Position numbers and translations under genes: made by a program
In this document: one piece after another, positions 29,077 through 38,437 of the stretch
How the letters are laid out: each line of letters starts with the position of its first letter
Position numbering within the stretch: position 1 is the stretch's first letter
Notes under the pieces: model-generated
What the model was told of the DNA's origin: nothing
Seen by the model: the letters and a program-made list of their open reading frames with translations, nothing else
Database searches by the model: none
NCBI GenBank assembly: GCA_963742415.1
Contig: CAVULX010000004.1
Span: forward strand, 1 to 64,000
Direction: 5' to 3'
DNA from: an uncultured Parachlamydiaceae bacterium
GTDB taxonomy: Bacteria > Chlamydiota > Chlamydiia > Chlamydiales > Parachlamydiaceae
DNA: 64,000 nucleotides

Positions 29077-29994
29077 TTACCAGGCTATCTTGTCGGGGAA
29101 AAATTCGGCGACAAGCTCTTTATAATAAGGTTTAAGGTCTTCCATATTGATCGGATCGGGAGCTTTTGAGTAGAGGTCGTAGTGGCTGAAAAGCTGCACC
29201 CATTTCATCATTTCCCGATCTTTCTGATTAAGGAGTTCGCCATAGGCCTCTTCTCTGTGGGCACCATAAAAAGAATGGTACCGAATGACATAGGCCGCTT
29301 CTTCGGGCAAATAGTTTTTTACGACTTGGTACATGTATTCATCATGTCCCCAAGACATATGGACGTTGTCTAGACCACACCCTTCATGATAGAGTCCTAG
29401 TTTGTGTTGATAGACAGGATTATAGTAATCGGGATTTTCGGAGAAATATTGGGGGAATACCAGTTTTTCCGAATAAGGGGATCCGACTGGAAATGTGTCA
29501 CCCACAACCGCCCATTGAGGCTCTCCATAGGTTGTCAAAATTTTTCCTAAGTCATGAATAAAGCCTGTTAAAATAAACCAGCGAGGGTGGCCATCTCGCC
29601 GAATCGCTTCCGCAGTTTGGTAGCAATGGTAGCTTTGAGGGAGGTCTAGGTCAGGATCGCTTTCATCGACGATAGTGTCTAAAAGATCCATCGCTTCCCA
29701 AATTCCCATTTGGAGCCGTCGCAAAGGAAGATATTCCTCTTTTTTCTTTAGCACAAAATCTAGCGTTTGGTAGGTATGATTGAGTCGATAAAATGCTTTA
29801 ACGTGTTCGGGGCTTGTTTCGTCGTATGTTCTAAATTCTTCTTTGTTTTTTGCATAACGGTCTTTGACAAAATCTTCCCATTGATCAAAAGAACAGCTGG
29901 AAGCGTCCCCAGCATTTTTTTCTTGTGTCGATTCAGCACATAAAACGATCAAAGGAGCAACGGCGAGACCCCAGCTCAATATTGATGTTAACAT
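29077..29994 (-). CDS. Myo-inositol oxygenase (MIOX)
   Basis: VDESDPD, HCYQTAEAIRRD, IHDLGK, QWAVVGDTFPVG, MSWGHDEY, IRYHSFY, YDLYSK; GGAGG upstream of ATG 29994. Confidence 0.93.
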   Translation of the reverse strand: MLTSILSWGLAVAPLIVLCAESTQEKNAGDASSCSFDQWEDFVKDRYAKNKEEFRTYDETSPEHVKAFYRLNHTYQTLDFVLKKKEEYLPLRRLQMGIWEAMDLLDTIVDESDPDLDLPQSYHCYQTAEAIRRDGHPRWFILTGFIHDLGKILTTYGEPQWAVVGDTFPVGSPYSEKLVFPQYFSENPDYYNPVYQHKLGLYHEGCGLDNVHMSWGHDEYMYQVVKNYLPEEAAYVIRYHSFYGAHREEAYGELLNQKDREMMKWVQLFSHYDLYSKAPDPINMEDLKPYYKELVAEFFPDKIAW

Positions 29995-30080
29995 CCTAAT
30001 CCTCCAGATATTGTTGTCCGAAATTAGCAAAATTTGGCGCAAAAGAAAAGTAAAATATTGAGGGGACTGAAAAGAAATTT

Positions 30081-30632
30081 TCAAAAATGCCTTCGAGATG
30101 CTAATCGGAATCGATAAAGCTGTTCTGAATAACCTCTTGAATGTTGAAAAACTTTTGCCTGTTCAGAGATTTGACGATCCAAAAGGGCGCAAGCGACTTC
30201 GATTAAAACGAGGGCTCCATTAGCAGCTATTGTGGCAATATCTTCGTTTTGCTTCTTTACCCACAAGGCAAACTGATCGGCAGTGCGAAATCTTTGGTCG
30301 ACAATGAGTTGTCTACGAGGATCTTTGTAAGCCCATAAATTTAAGCCCCTTTGACGCAAATAATCTTCATAATCCAATTTTAGTTCTTCTAAGCTACCTC
30401 GGGCGACGTTAGTCAATTTAAGCTCCGACTCTTTGGAGGTTCTTGAAGCTAGATTTCCTTCGGCAATATTTTGAACACCCGAACGGGCGGCTTGAACCAT
30501 TTGATCGTGAGTTCTACTACGTGAGTTTACAAAGCGGTTGCAAAACCGGAATGTGATATCGTAAATCAACCGGGCAAGCTGAAATGTTTTCATTTCCCGG
30601 TAGCTGGGCTTTCTTGGAATCAGAGTGTTCAT
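30081..30632 (-). CDS. Four-helix-bundle (23S rRNA IVP-like) protein with suffix domain
   Basis: IYDITFRFCNRF...RSRTHDQMVQAARSGVQNIAEG...ELKLTNVARGSLEELKLDYEDYLRQRGL. Confidence 0.88.
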   Translation of the reverse strand: MNTLIPRKPSYREMKTFQLARLIYDITFRFCNRFVNSRSRTHDQMVQAARSGVQNIAEGNLASRTSKESELKLTNVARGSLEELKLDYEDYLRQRGLNLWAYKDPRRQLIVDQRFRTADQFALWVKKQNEDIATIAANGALVLIEVACALLDRQISEQAKVFQHSRGYSEQLYRFRLASRRHF

Positions 30633-30830
30633 GAGATGCTTGTGGTATCCATCACGGGCCATATTTATATGGGAAATCGATTTCAGTGTCAATGACAATT
30701 TGAAGGAATCATGCAAAAAAAAGGATGCAAATTTCTGAAATAATATGCCGTTGACATTATATAAAAAAAAAGTGACTCTAATTTAATTTGCTTGTAGGTT
30801 TGCAGCACTTATACTTCTCAGGAGAAATGG

Positions 30831-31508
30831 ATGAGTTCAAATATTCGAGTAGTTTGGTCTCCTTGTCAAGTGCCTCAATCATGGGAGGGTGTTGCCCGTG
30901 GACATGCCCCATTTCAGAAAGGAAACTTCCAAACAGAGCAAATACAAAAAATTCATGATCTTTATGCAAGATGCGATAGAACTTGCTCACCGCTATTTGC
31001 ACTTTTTGTCACAGTCAGGATCAATGGAGTTAAAAATTTTCTAAAAGATTTTTTTATCCCTCTTACAGCTAATTATGCGGCTAAAGTAAAAAATATTGCC
31101 TTGCGCTATCTTGCTTATTTGGGGTGCATATTTGTTGACGCGGTCACTTTGCTATTCCGAGCGATTACTCTTTTGCCTCGGATAGCTTTAGAAGATACGG
31201 GATGTCATATACCCCAACCAGATGAGGAGGAATCTTATAAATGGGTTACATTTCACAGGCAGGCTGGGGACACTAATTGCCTGATCGAGAGAAACGGCAC
31301 AATATTAATAAGTGATGAATTAGATGATGATGGAAAATATGAGAGCAATGATAAAGGCAACAAGCTTTTTATTTCGCAAGGAACTTGGTATGCTCTTTCC
31401 TACACACACTCTTGCGACATCCCCAAAGATCCCTTTTTTTTGCTTAACACTCCCGCTCTCCCTCCGCGGGACACCGATTTGACAGACCTCACCAAAAAAA
31501 ACCACTGA
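30831..31508 (+). CDS. Hypothetical protein with hydrophobic central segment
   Basis: 225-aa ORF; LAYLGCIFVDAVTLLFRAITLLPR segment. Confidence 0.6.
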   Translation: MSSNIRVVWSPCQVPQSWEGVARGHAPFQKGNFQTEQIQKIHDLYARCDRTCSPLFALFVTVRINGVKNFLKDFFIPLTANYAAKVKNIALRYLAYLGCIFVDAVTLLFRAITLLPRIALEDTGCHIPQPDEEESYKWVTFHRQAGDTNCLIERNGTILISDELDDDGKYESNDKGNKLFISQGTWYALSYTHSCDIPKDPFFLLNTPALPPRDTDLTDLTKKNH

Positions 31509-31545
31509 GCCAGTGAGATCTCTGAGAAAGTTTGAGATCAATTTT

Positions 31546-31611
31546 AACCTGATTTTTTGGTTTTTAACCCGCAAGCAACACTAAGTTGCTGCGGATGTGC
31601 TAAATCAGGTT
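31546..31611. terminator. Hairpin between convergent genes
   Basis: AACCTGATTT...CCGCAAGCAAC-actaa-GTTGCTGCGG...AAATCAGGTT. Confidence 0.45.
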
Positions 31612-31615
31612 TATT

Positions 31616-33259
31616 TTAGAATAATATCATTTTTTTAGCATCTTGAGAAAGGAGCCTGTTTAATAGGGGGGTATCAACGACTAATCCTCTTTTAATTAAT
31701 GTGAAAACGGCGTAAGGGTTTTTACTATAAATGGCAAAAAACATAGCTGTTTCTGCGTATGTGAAAGTGGGGAAAATGTCCTCAATCTCCTCTTCACTTT
31801 CTTCATCAATTTCATTAAACGGTTCGTTTGGATGGGGCATCGTTATGTTCCATATTTTGTCTAATAAAGAAGCTTTATTACAACTCAAAGCAGCTTGAAT
31901 TGTTAATGGGACAGGGGTTCCGTCAAAGAATTTTCCTGCAGTTTTCGGCAAAGGAACTTGAGCCTCCATAAAAGCGTCAAAAGCCATTTCTGTATCTTTG
32001 ATGGTTAAAGCGGCAGGAGTATAACCATGGACATTAATGAGATCAGTTTTTGGCTGCTTAGCTAAAATAGCTTTGATTATTTCGGGATTGTTAGATAGAG
32101 CTCCGGCATGCAATAAAGTGTTTCCCATGCAATCTTGAGTATTAATATTATCTGAAGAAATATTTCTAACAAGTTTTTTAAATTTATCCTGCAAAAATTG
32201 AAGACTCATTTTATTCGAAATTTTTTCAAAGCAACTACTGAAGAAATTAATTTCGCACTGAAGTTGATCTGGCAGAGGGGCGGAGTAAAAGTTTTTATAC
32301 CGAGTTAGGAGATCGTAAAAAGAAATGTCATCTTCTCCTTTTTTAATTTTCGGCTGACTTCGAGAAAAAAAGGTTAATCGGTTCAGGAGATCATCGATAT
32401 TCCTTGAACACACCCCTGCAAGAGGTTGGGCTCCGGCTTCTATTAAGGCTTCAACGGCTCCCATTTTGAACATGACAAAGGCATAATCAAGAGCTGTAAA
32501 TCCCAAATTGTCATTTTCGTTAAGATCAATTCTATCTTTTTCAATAGTGTTTAAAAGGATTTGTAGATTGTTAGTAAACTCAGAGGTCCTAGAAAGGGGG
32601 ATCAGTGCAGTTAGATGCAGTACTGTGCGTCCCTTTTCATCTTTTTGGGTAAAATCAAATCCCCTTTTTTCAGCTTCTTTAACTAGAGAAGGGAATAAAT
32701 CTTTGTTAATATTCTCATTGAGCCCATTAGCGGCAGCTAAATGAAGAGGGGTCATTCCATCCTTATTTTTAATTTGGAAACTTCCCTTGCATGCTAAGAT
32801 AGACTGAATGTGCCAATGAACCTTATGGCTAGGCATGGAATCCACATTTCTCAAAATATAGTGAAAAAAGGTATCCCCATTTAGGTCTTGCCGTATTAAA
32901 AACTTGGGATCGACAGCTAATTTAGTCCGAAGTTTTGTTATATATGCTTCTACACTTTTTCCTATGCAGGATTTGCAATGGTTTTCAAAATTTTTTCCCG
33001 TGACGAATAGTCGGACAATCAAACCTTGAGGATCATTTGATAATGTTATAAGGGGATTTTCAACACCTTTAAGATCTTTGACTTTTCCATAGTTTTTCTG
33101 ATAAAAACTTTTTAAATGTACTTTTAGTAAACTTTCATTATTAATGTAATTGATAAATTGTAGACGAATCTGTTCGATGGATTCGGTTGGGGTAACCCCT
33201 AAAAATTTTAAAATTTGTACTTGTTCATGGGAATTGAGTTGTATACGTGGAATTGTCAT
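31616..33259 (-). CDS. Ankyrin-repeat protein (candidate host effector)
   Basis: QDLNGDTFFH, KNKDGMTPLHLAA, KDEKGRTVLHLTA, GFTALDYA, QDCMGNTLLHAGA. Confidence 0.9.
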   Translation of the reverse strand: MTIPRIQLNSHEQVQILKFLGVTPTESIEQIRLQFINYINNESLLKVHLKSFYQKNYGKVKDLKGVENPLITLSNDPQGLIVRLFVTGKNFENHCKSCIGKSVEAYITKLRTKLAVDPKFLIRQDLNGDTFFHYILRNVDSMPSHKVHWHIQSILACKGSFQIKNKDGMTPLHLAAANGLNENINKDLFPSLVKEAEKRGFDFTQKDEKGRTVLHLTALIPLSRTSEFTNNLQILLNTIEKDRIDLNENDNLGFTALDYAFVMFKMGAVEALIEAGAQPLAGVCSRNIDDLLNRLTFFSRSQPKIKKGEDDISFYDLLTRYKNFYSAPLPDQLQCEINFFSSCFEKISNKMSLQFLQDKFKKLVRNISSDNINTQDCMGNTLLHAGALSNNPEIIKAILAKQPKTDLINVHGYTPAALTIKDTEMAFDAFMEAQVPLPKTAGKFFDGTPVPLTIQAALSCNKASLLDKIWNITMPHPNEPFNEIDEESEEEIEDIFPTFTYAETAMFFAIYSKNPYAVFTLIKRGLVVDTPLLNRLLSQDAKKMILF

Positions 33260-33286
33260 TGCAATATCCTTGTTTAAAATTACTTG

Positions 33287-36200
33287 TTAAATGGTTCGAT
33301 CCTGCTGCTCGAGAATTCGATAATAAGACACTTTTTCCATGTCGCCTATAATTTCATAATAAAGTATTGATTGTCGATAAAGTTGTTGCCGCTCATAGAA
33401 AAAGAGCTTTTCAAGCAAAACCTGTTTGCCTTCTGCCGATTGATGAAAATAATGGCTGAAGATAGACCAGGAGCGTGGAAAAGGGGTTTCTAGGATCCCT
33501 GCGAAATGGATATTGGCGAGTTCCTTCCCTTCTGTAGCTTGGAGCCAACAGCCATAAAGGAAATGGAGGCCCGTTGTCTCTTGGTTTAGGGTCTCTAAGG
33601 GATAGGCGTAAAGAAGGTCTCCGGCTTTTGTCCAATCTTTTTCAAGCAGGGCGGCCCATATCCTGCAGCTATCGATTTCAATTTGCCCCTCTTCGGAAGG
33701 TTGAAATCCTTGTTCGATCAATTTAGAGTTCAGATCTTGGACTTTGTGGGGCTGCTGATGGTCTAAGGCATAGCGCATAAGATGTAAGACTGTCCGCTCA
33801 AATTCTAAAGCGGGAAGATCTTTTAATGGAGAGGCTGATGAAATTTGAAGCAAAGCTTTTGAAGCCTCTTCCAAAGATTTTTCATATAGCAATAACAAAG
33901 CTTCAATGAGTTTAAACGAATAAAGACTCTGCTGTTTTATTTCGGCGTGGTTTTCGGAAATTTGGTTAAAAATATTACGGGCCATGGAATGGGCTCCCAA
34001 TTGAATCAGAGCAAATAAAGCGTTGCAAATGAGAATGGGGGAGGTGTCTTGGATTTTTACAAGTTCCTGGATAATTTCTTCTAAAACATAATGTTTGCCT
34101 AGCCAGAAAGCGAGAGAGATTCCGAAGGAATATCTTTTAAAAGTGTGAAAATTTTCACTTTTGGGATCTTCTATCAAGAAGGGCAAAGGCTCCCAGTGCC
34201 TTTTAAGGCTTATAAATAGTTTTTTTGTATTGGATTCTGAAAGGGCTCGAGACAAATGCCTGTTGATCAATAACATAAACATGTATGTCTCTTTACGATA
34301 TAAGCGGGAAGCTTCATGCATCCGATATAGAATTTGTTCTTGCAGGATGTGCAAGAGGGGATGCCGCGGATAGCGACGGTAAGCCAGTTCGTAGCATTTA
34401 ATTTCCTCATCAAAGTCATCGAGCGTCTGATAGACGAGGGCTTTGCCTAGATATTCTAGGGGGGCTCCTGGAGTGCCGTGAAGTTTTTCAAACTCAGCTA
34501 ATGCTTGATCGAATAAATTGCCTTTTAATGGGGCTTCGGTAGGTTCTTTGGCTTGTTCCAACAAGGTGATCCCTGCGCGGAAAACCGCTTCACGCCCTTC
34601 AGTACGGCCAGGAAAGGAGTATCCAATGCGGCGGTATTCATTCAAGGCTGTTGCATAATCTTTATGGGCTAAAAAGGCGTCGGGAACTGCCAAGCAGTTG
34701 ACGAGGACGCTTTGGCTGCCTGCAAAAATATTAAAGTCTTTTAGAATAAAGTCGGCATCCCGTGAAAGGATCCCCACGTGGGTTCCAACAAGCGGCATGT
34801 GGCTAATGTATGAAAACTGCAAAACGTTGTTCAAGTAAAAGTAAATATTGTTTTCATATTTTTCGATTTTTATGGAATACCATTCCCCCCGCTGCAAAAA
34901 AATTTCAGGGGAGTTTAAAACTTCTAGAGTTGACCGAAGAAGCTTCGTCGATCGATTTTGATCGCTTCCCAGCCATAAGCAATAGCCGTCATTGAGATGG
35001 GTCCGTTCGGCTGCTTCGGGAACGCACAATAAGAATCCCACTCCATGGGATTTTTCCCCTAAGCGCACTTTGGTTTCCAATTTAATATTTGAGCTATATG
35101 AGCTTTTGGAGATCATTAAGCTTACCCAGTCGGAGATCTCCATGCTGCGGGTGATGGCCACATGCTCGGCAATCAGGACATTCTCTTGAAATTCCCAATC
35201 ATTTTTGTTGTTGATATCTAAGGTTGCCATAGGGAACCATTCCGCACGCCCTTCGATGTAATTTTCGATTTCACGGATGAGTTCATGGACAGTGTGATAA
35301 CGTTGTTCAGGCTGTTTGGTAAGGCATTTCAAGGCGATCTGGGATAAAATCCGCGGAACTTCCCGGTAGGGGGCTACTTCAAGGGGATCTTTCAGGACTT
35401 CCAAGTGCAACTTTTCCCGAAATTCTTTCAAAGTTCCCCGTTTGAAAGGATTGCGCAAGGTTAGAATTTGATAGAGAATTACACCAAGGGAGTAAATGTC
35501 CGTTGCTATGGTAGCCGGATTGCCCAACGCTCGTTCTGGTGCCATATAATTGACTGTTCCGACGACTTTTCCGATGTGGGTGAGCTGATGCAGTGGATCG
35601 ATCTCTTCATTTTGAAATTCCTCATCTTCCCCTTCGGCATCTGGAGCTTTGACAATTTTGGCCAAGCCCCAGTCGAGGATGAGCACCTCTCCAAATTGTC
35701 CAACGATAATATTTTCGGGCTTAATATCACGGTGGAGGACATCTTTTGAATGGGCGTATGCAATGGCTTGACAAATGCTGAGGAAGATCCTCATGAGAGC
35801 AGGAATGGACCCACCGACATGATCAAGGGGTTCCCCTTTTTTTTCTTGGCGGCGTGTTTTCCTCAGGATCTCTTTTAGGGTTTGCCCCTCGACAAATGGC
35901 ATTGTGTAATAGGTGACATTGTCTTGCCCTTGGATGGCATAGATGGGAATGATCGAAGGGTGGGTCAATTGGCTGGTTATGCGGGCTTCTTTGAGAAAGC
36001 GGTTATGCATTTGGATATGTTCGGCGAGGTCGCTTCGAATCCGTTTGAGTGCGATTCTTCGTCCGCAAGTGGTGTCATATGCTAGGAAGACCTCCCCCAT
36101 TCCCCCTTTGCCTATGCTGCGTAGGATTTGATAAGAACCGAGAGAGAATTGGATCGTTTCTTTTTCAGGATGGTGGCCATGGACAAGAGTGGCTGACCCT

Positions 36201-36388
36201 TGGGTCGAGGATGATGAGGCCATGCTTGGGAAGGAAGGCTCAAATGACGATGGTTTCGATTTTGTTATTTCTAAAGGGGATCCGCAATAGACACAGTAAG
36301 CGGGAGCCTGCCCTTCGAGACCTAAGGCGACGGTATAAGAAGAGTGGCAGGAGGGGCAGAAGATTTGTAAATCACGATTTTTTTTCAT
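33287..36388 (-). CDS. pknD: Ser/Thr protein kinase, chlamydial PknD type
   Basis: IGKGGMGEV, IALKRI, HRDIKPEN, ILDWGLAK, GTVNYMAPE; C-terminal CLAVPDAFL...YRRIGYSFPGRTEGREA; start uncertain. Confidence 0.88.
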   Translation of the reverse strand: MKKNRDLQIFCPSCHSSYTVALGLEGQAPAYCVYCGSPLEITKSKPSSFEPSFPSMASSSSTQGSATLVHGHHPEKETIQFSLGSYQILRSIGKGGMGEVFLAYDTTCGRRIALKRIRSDLAEHIQMHNRFLKEARITSQLTHPSIIPIYAIQGQDNVTYYTMPFVEGQTLKEILRKTRRQEKKGEPLDHVGGSIPALMRIFLSICQAIAYAHSKDVLHRDIKPENIIVGQFGEVLILDWGLAKIVKAPDAEGEDEEFQNEEIDPLHQLTHIGKVVGTVNYMAPERALGNPATIATDIYSLGVILYQILTLRNPFKRGTLKEFREKLHLEVLKDPLEVAPYREVPRILSQIALKCLTKQPEQRYHTVHELIREIENYIEGRAEWFPMATLDINNKNDWEFQENVLIAEHVAITRSMEISDWVSLMISKSSYSSNIKLETKVRLGEKSHGVGFLLCVPEAAERTHLNDGYCLWLGSDQNRSTKLLRSTLEVLNSPEIFLQRGEWYSIKIEKYENNIYFYLNNVLQFSYISHMPLVGTHVGILSRDADFILKDFNIFAGSQSVLVNCLAVPDAFLAHKDYATALNEYRRIGYSFPGRTEGREAVFRAGITLLEQAKEPTEAPLKGNLFDQALAEFEKLHGTPGAPLEYLGKALVYQTLDDFDEEIKCYELAYRRYPRHPLLHILQEQILYRMHEASRLYRKETYMFMLLINRHLSRALSESNTKKLFISLKRHWEPLPFLIEDPKSENFHTFKRYSFGISLAFWLGKHYVLEEIIQELVKIQDTSPILICNALFALIQLGAHSMARNIFNQISENHAEIKQQSLYSFKLIEALLLLYEKSLEEASKALLQISSASPLKDLPALEFERTVLHLMRYALDHQQPHKVQDLNSKLIEQGFQPSEEGQIEIDSCRIWAALLEKDWTKAGDLLYAYPLETLNQETTGLHFLYGCWLQATEGKELANIHFAGILETPFPRSWSIFSHYFHQSAEGKQVLLEKLFFYERQQLYRQSILYYEIIGDMEKVSYYRILEQQDRTI

Positions 36389-36788
36389 TGGCCAGCAAAA
36401 GTTTCCATATTTTGCGAGCTTCGTCTGAAGCGCTTTGTACAAAGCAGTTGCATCCTAGCTCTTCGTCGAAGTAAATTCCATTAGAGCTTTTGTAAGAAGC
36501 GGCCATCTGGCAAAAGAGGGCATTTATGCCATGCTCGTCCCTTTCTGGCAAAGTGTACCGAAATCCACAGATTACAGTTCGGAAATAGGATTGTTTCCAA
36601 GTCTCTACGGCAAGCCTTATAGCATCTTCGATTGTTTGCGCGGTAAAAGGGGTTTCCGTTTCACTCTTTTCATCCACTTGTTCAAACCAAGTAAAAGTAT
36701 GGGGGGTCATTTGTCGAAGAAACAGATACCTGTTGCTCCCTTTGGTGAAAACACTCGCTACGTGGATTAATGTGTTAATAGGATGCAT
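36372..36788 (-). CDS. Hypothetical protein
   Basis: 138-aa ORF overlapping the kinase start; CGFRYTLPERDEHG motif. Confidence 0.75.
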   Translation of the reverse strand: MHPINTLIHVASVFTKGSNRYLFLRQMTPHTFTWFEQVDEKSETETPFTAQTIEDAIRLAVETWKQSYFRTVICGFRYTLPERDEHGINALFCQMAASYKSSNGIYFDEELGCNCFVQSASDEARKIWKLLLANEKKS

Positions 36789-36871
36789 AGTTGGATGATA
36801 ATTATTTCTGCTTTATATACAAGTAAACTTAAAAGTTGTCATTCTGGACACACGCAGTATATAACATCTAA

Positions 36872-37351
36872 TCATTTTTTAATGATAGAGCCGAAAGGGG
36901 AGTCGATACTCCAAACTGCTTGGTCCCCGATTTTAATGCCATTGGCTTCAAACCACCCTTTGTTCATCTCTAAGACATAGGAGGCATCGAACGATGAGGT
37001 GATCCGACGGTTTTGGAAGAACAGCTTATCGTGGATTTCAGGATATGCTTTCATCTCAACAATTTCTCTAATCACTTTATTTCCATCGAGAAACGCCACG
37101 GCTAAATCGATCTTAGCATTATACATCCAAATGGTAATTCGCTGGGGAGTTGTGTAATTGAATGTCATGCCGTGATTCCATGCTAGAGAAGGGCGGTTCA
37201 TCAAACCTAGGTTGCGCTGCTCTTTTGTTATGGCATGTTCTAAAGTAATAGGAATTTGTTCCTCGCCGGTCAGGATGGCGGGGATAAGGCAGGAAAGCAA
37301 AAGAACAAAAATGATGTTAAATTTTAAATTTTTTGGCATTTCTGTTACCAT
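36872..37351 (-). CDS. DUF192-family exported protein
   Basis: Signal peptide; QRNLGLMNR...GMTF...IWMYN..IDLAVAFLD...YVLEMNKGWF...IKIGD. Confidence 0.88.
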   Translation of the reverse strand: MVTEMPKNLKFNIIFVLLLSCLIPAILTGEEQIPITLEHAITKEQRNLGLMNRPSLAWNHGMTFNYTTPQRITIWMYNAKIDLAVAFLDGNKVIREIVEMKAYPEIHDKLFFQNRRITSSFDASYVLEMNKGWFEANGIKIGDQAVWSIDSPFGSIIKK

Positions 37352-37453
37352 ATTAAAACTTGGGTTGAGGTCTGCTGATTTTTTATTTTAACAAAATATG
37401 TAAAAATATAATAGACTTCTTGTCAGAAAAATAATAATACACATGATGTGCAA

Positions 37454-37641
37454 ATTTTTATGTCGTCCTTACAGGACTCGATAGTTGTGCATTCTAGACC
37501 CAGGCCTTGCGGCCTGGACTATGATATTTTGGCCTTTCAGGCTTTATTCTAATGCTGAAGGCACGGAATGTTGTAGCCTAGGCCGTTAGGCCTAGGAAAG
37601 GAAATATACAATATGGAGTCCTGTAAGGACGATATAAAAAT
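37454..37641. repeat. 188-bp MITE/REP-like element with 26-bp terminal IRs and internal hairpins
   Basis: ATTTTTATGTCGTCCTTACAGGACTC (37454-37479) / GAGTCCTGTAAGGACGATATAAAAAT (37616-37641), 1 mismatch; inner CCAGGCC-ttgc-GGCCTGG and CCTAGGCC-gtta-GGCCTAGG. Confidence 0.85.
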
Positions 37642-37676
37642 GCTTTAAATCACATTAAATTAGTTTCATCCAAAAA

Positions 37677-38435
37677 ATGAAAGAAATAGAGAAACTTCGA
37701 GTCGTCCTTATTGTGCAAGCGCGCATGGGATCTGAGCGCCTCCCAGGAAAACCACTTAAAAAGGTTTTAGGGAAGACTTTGTTTGAATATCTCATTGAAC
37801 GTTTGCGGAGGGTCAAATATGCCGATGAGGTCGTCTTAGCAACGACGACTCTGCCTAAAGATGACCCCTTAGCAGCCTTAAGTCAGTCGCTTAAGATTTC
37901 CTATTTTCGTGGCAGTGAAGAAGATGTCTTGGATAGATTCTTACAAGCGGGGAAATTCTTCCGAGCCGATGTGGTTGTCCGAATTTCTGGAGATTGCCCT
38001 TTAATCGATCCTGCTTTGATTGATGAAGCCATCCGTTTCTTTTTAGATCATTATCCCCAATACGATCACGTTTCAAATTGTTTAAATAGAACCTATCCAC
38101 GAGGTATGGATGTCGAGGTTTTTTCGATGAGTTCCCTGGAAAAAGTAGCCAAGGAGTCTTCGCTGCCTGAAGAGCGGGAGCATGTGACCGTCTATTACTA
38201 TCGTCATCCTGAAACATTTGTTTTGGGAAGCTTAGAGGGAAAAAGGGATCTTTCCCATTACCGTTGGACCGTAGATACTCAAGAGGATTTTATGTTGATT
38301 TCCAAAATGCTGGAAAACATCTACCCCTCAACTCCCGAATTTACATTGGCAGATCTCCTTAGGGCTTCTGAGGCACATCCAGAGTGGAGGCTTATCAATG
38401 CGCACGTCCAGCAAAAACCTTTAACAAAGTCCTGA
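37677..38435 (+). CDS. SpsF-like cytidylyltransferase (CMP-nonulosonate synthetase family)
   Basis: IVQARMGSERLPGK, FRGSEEDVLDRF, RISGDCPLIDP, YPRGMDVE, REHVT, RWTVDTQED. Confidence 0.88.
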   Translation: MKEIEKLRVVLIVQARMGSERLPGKPLKKVLGKTLFEYLIERLRRVKYADEVVLATTTLPKDDPLAALSQSLKISYFRGSEEDVLDRFLQAGKFFRADVVVRISGDCPLIDPALIDEAIRFFLDHYPQYDHVSNCLNRTYPRGMDVEVFSMSSLEKVAKESSLPEEREHVTVYYYRHPETFVLGSLEGKRDLSHYRWTVDTQEDFMLISKMLENIYPSTPEFTLADLLRASEAHPEWRLINAHVQQKPLTKS

Positions 38436-38437
38436 GA

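Noticed and set aside
30740..30770. Possible chlamydial dif site (ATAATATGCCGTTGACATTATATAAA)
   Set aside because: Arm spacing does not fit 11-6-11; more likely divergent promoter sequence
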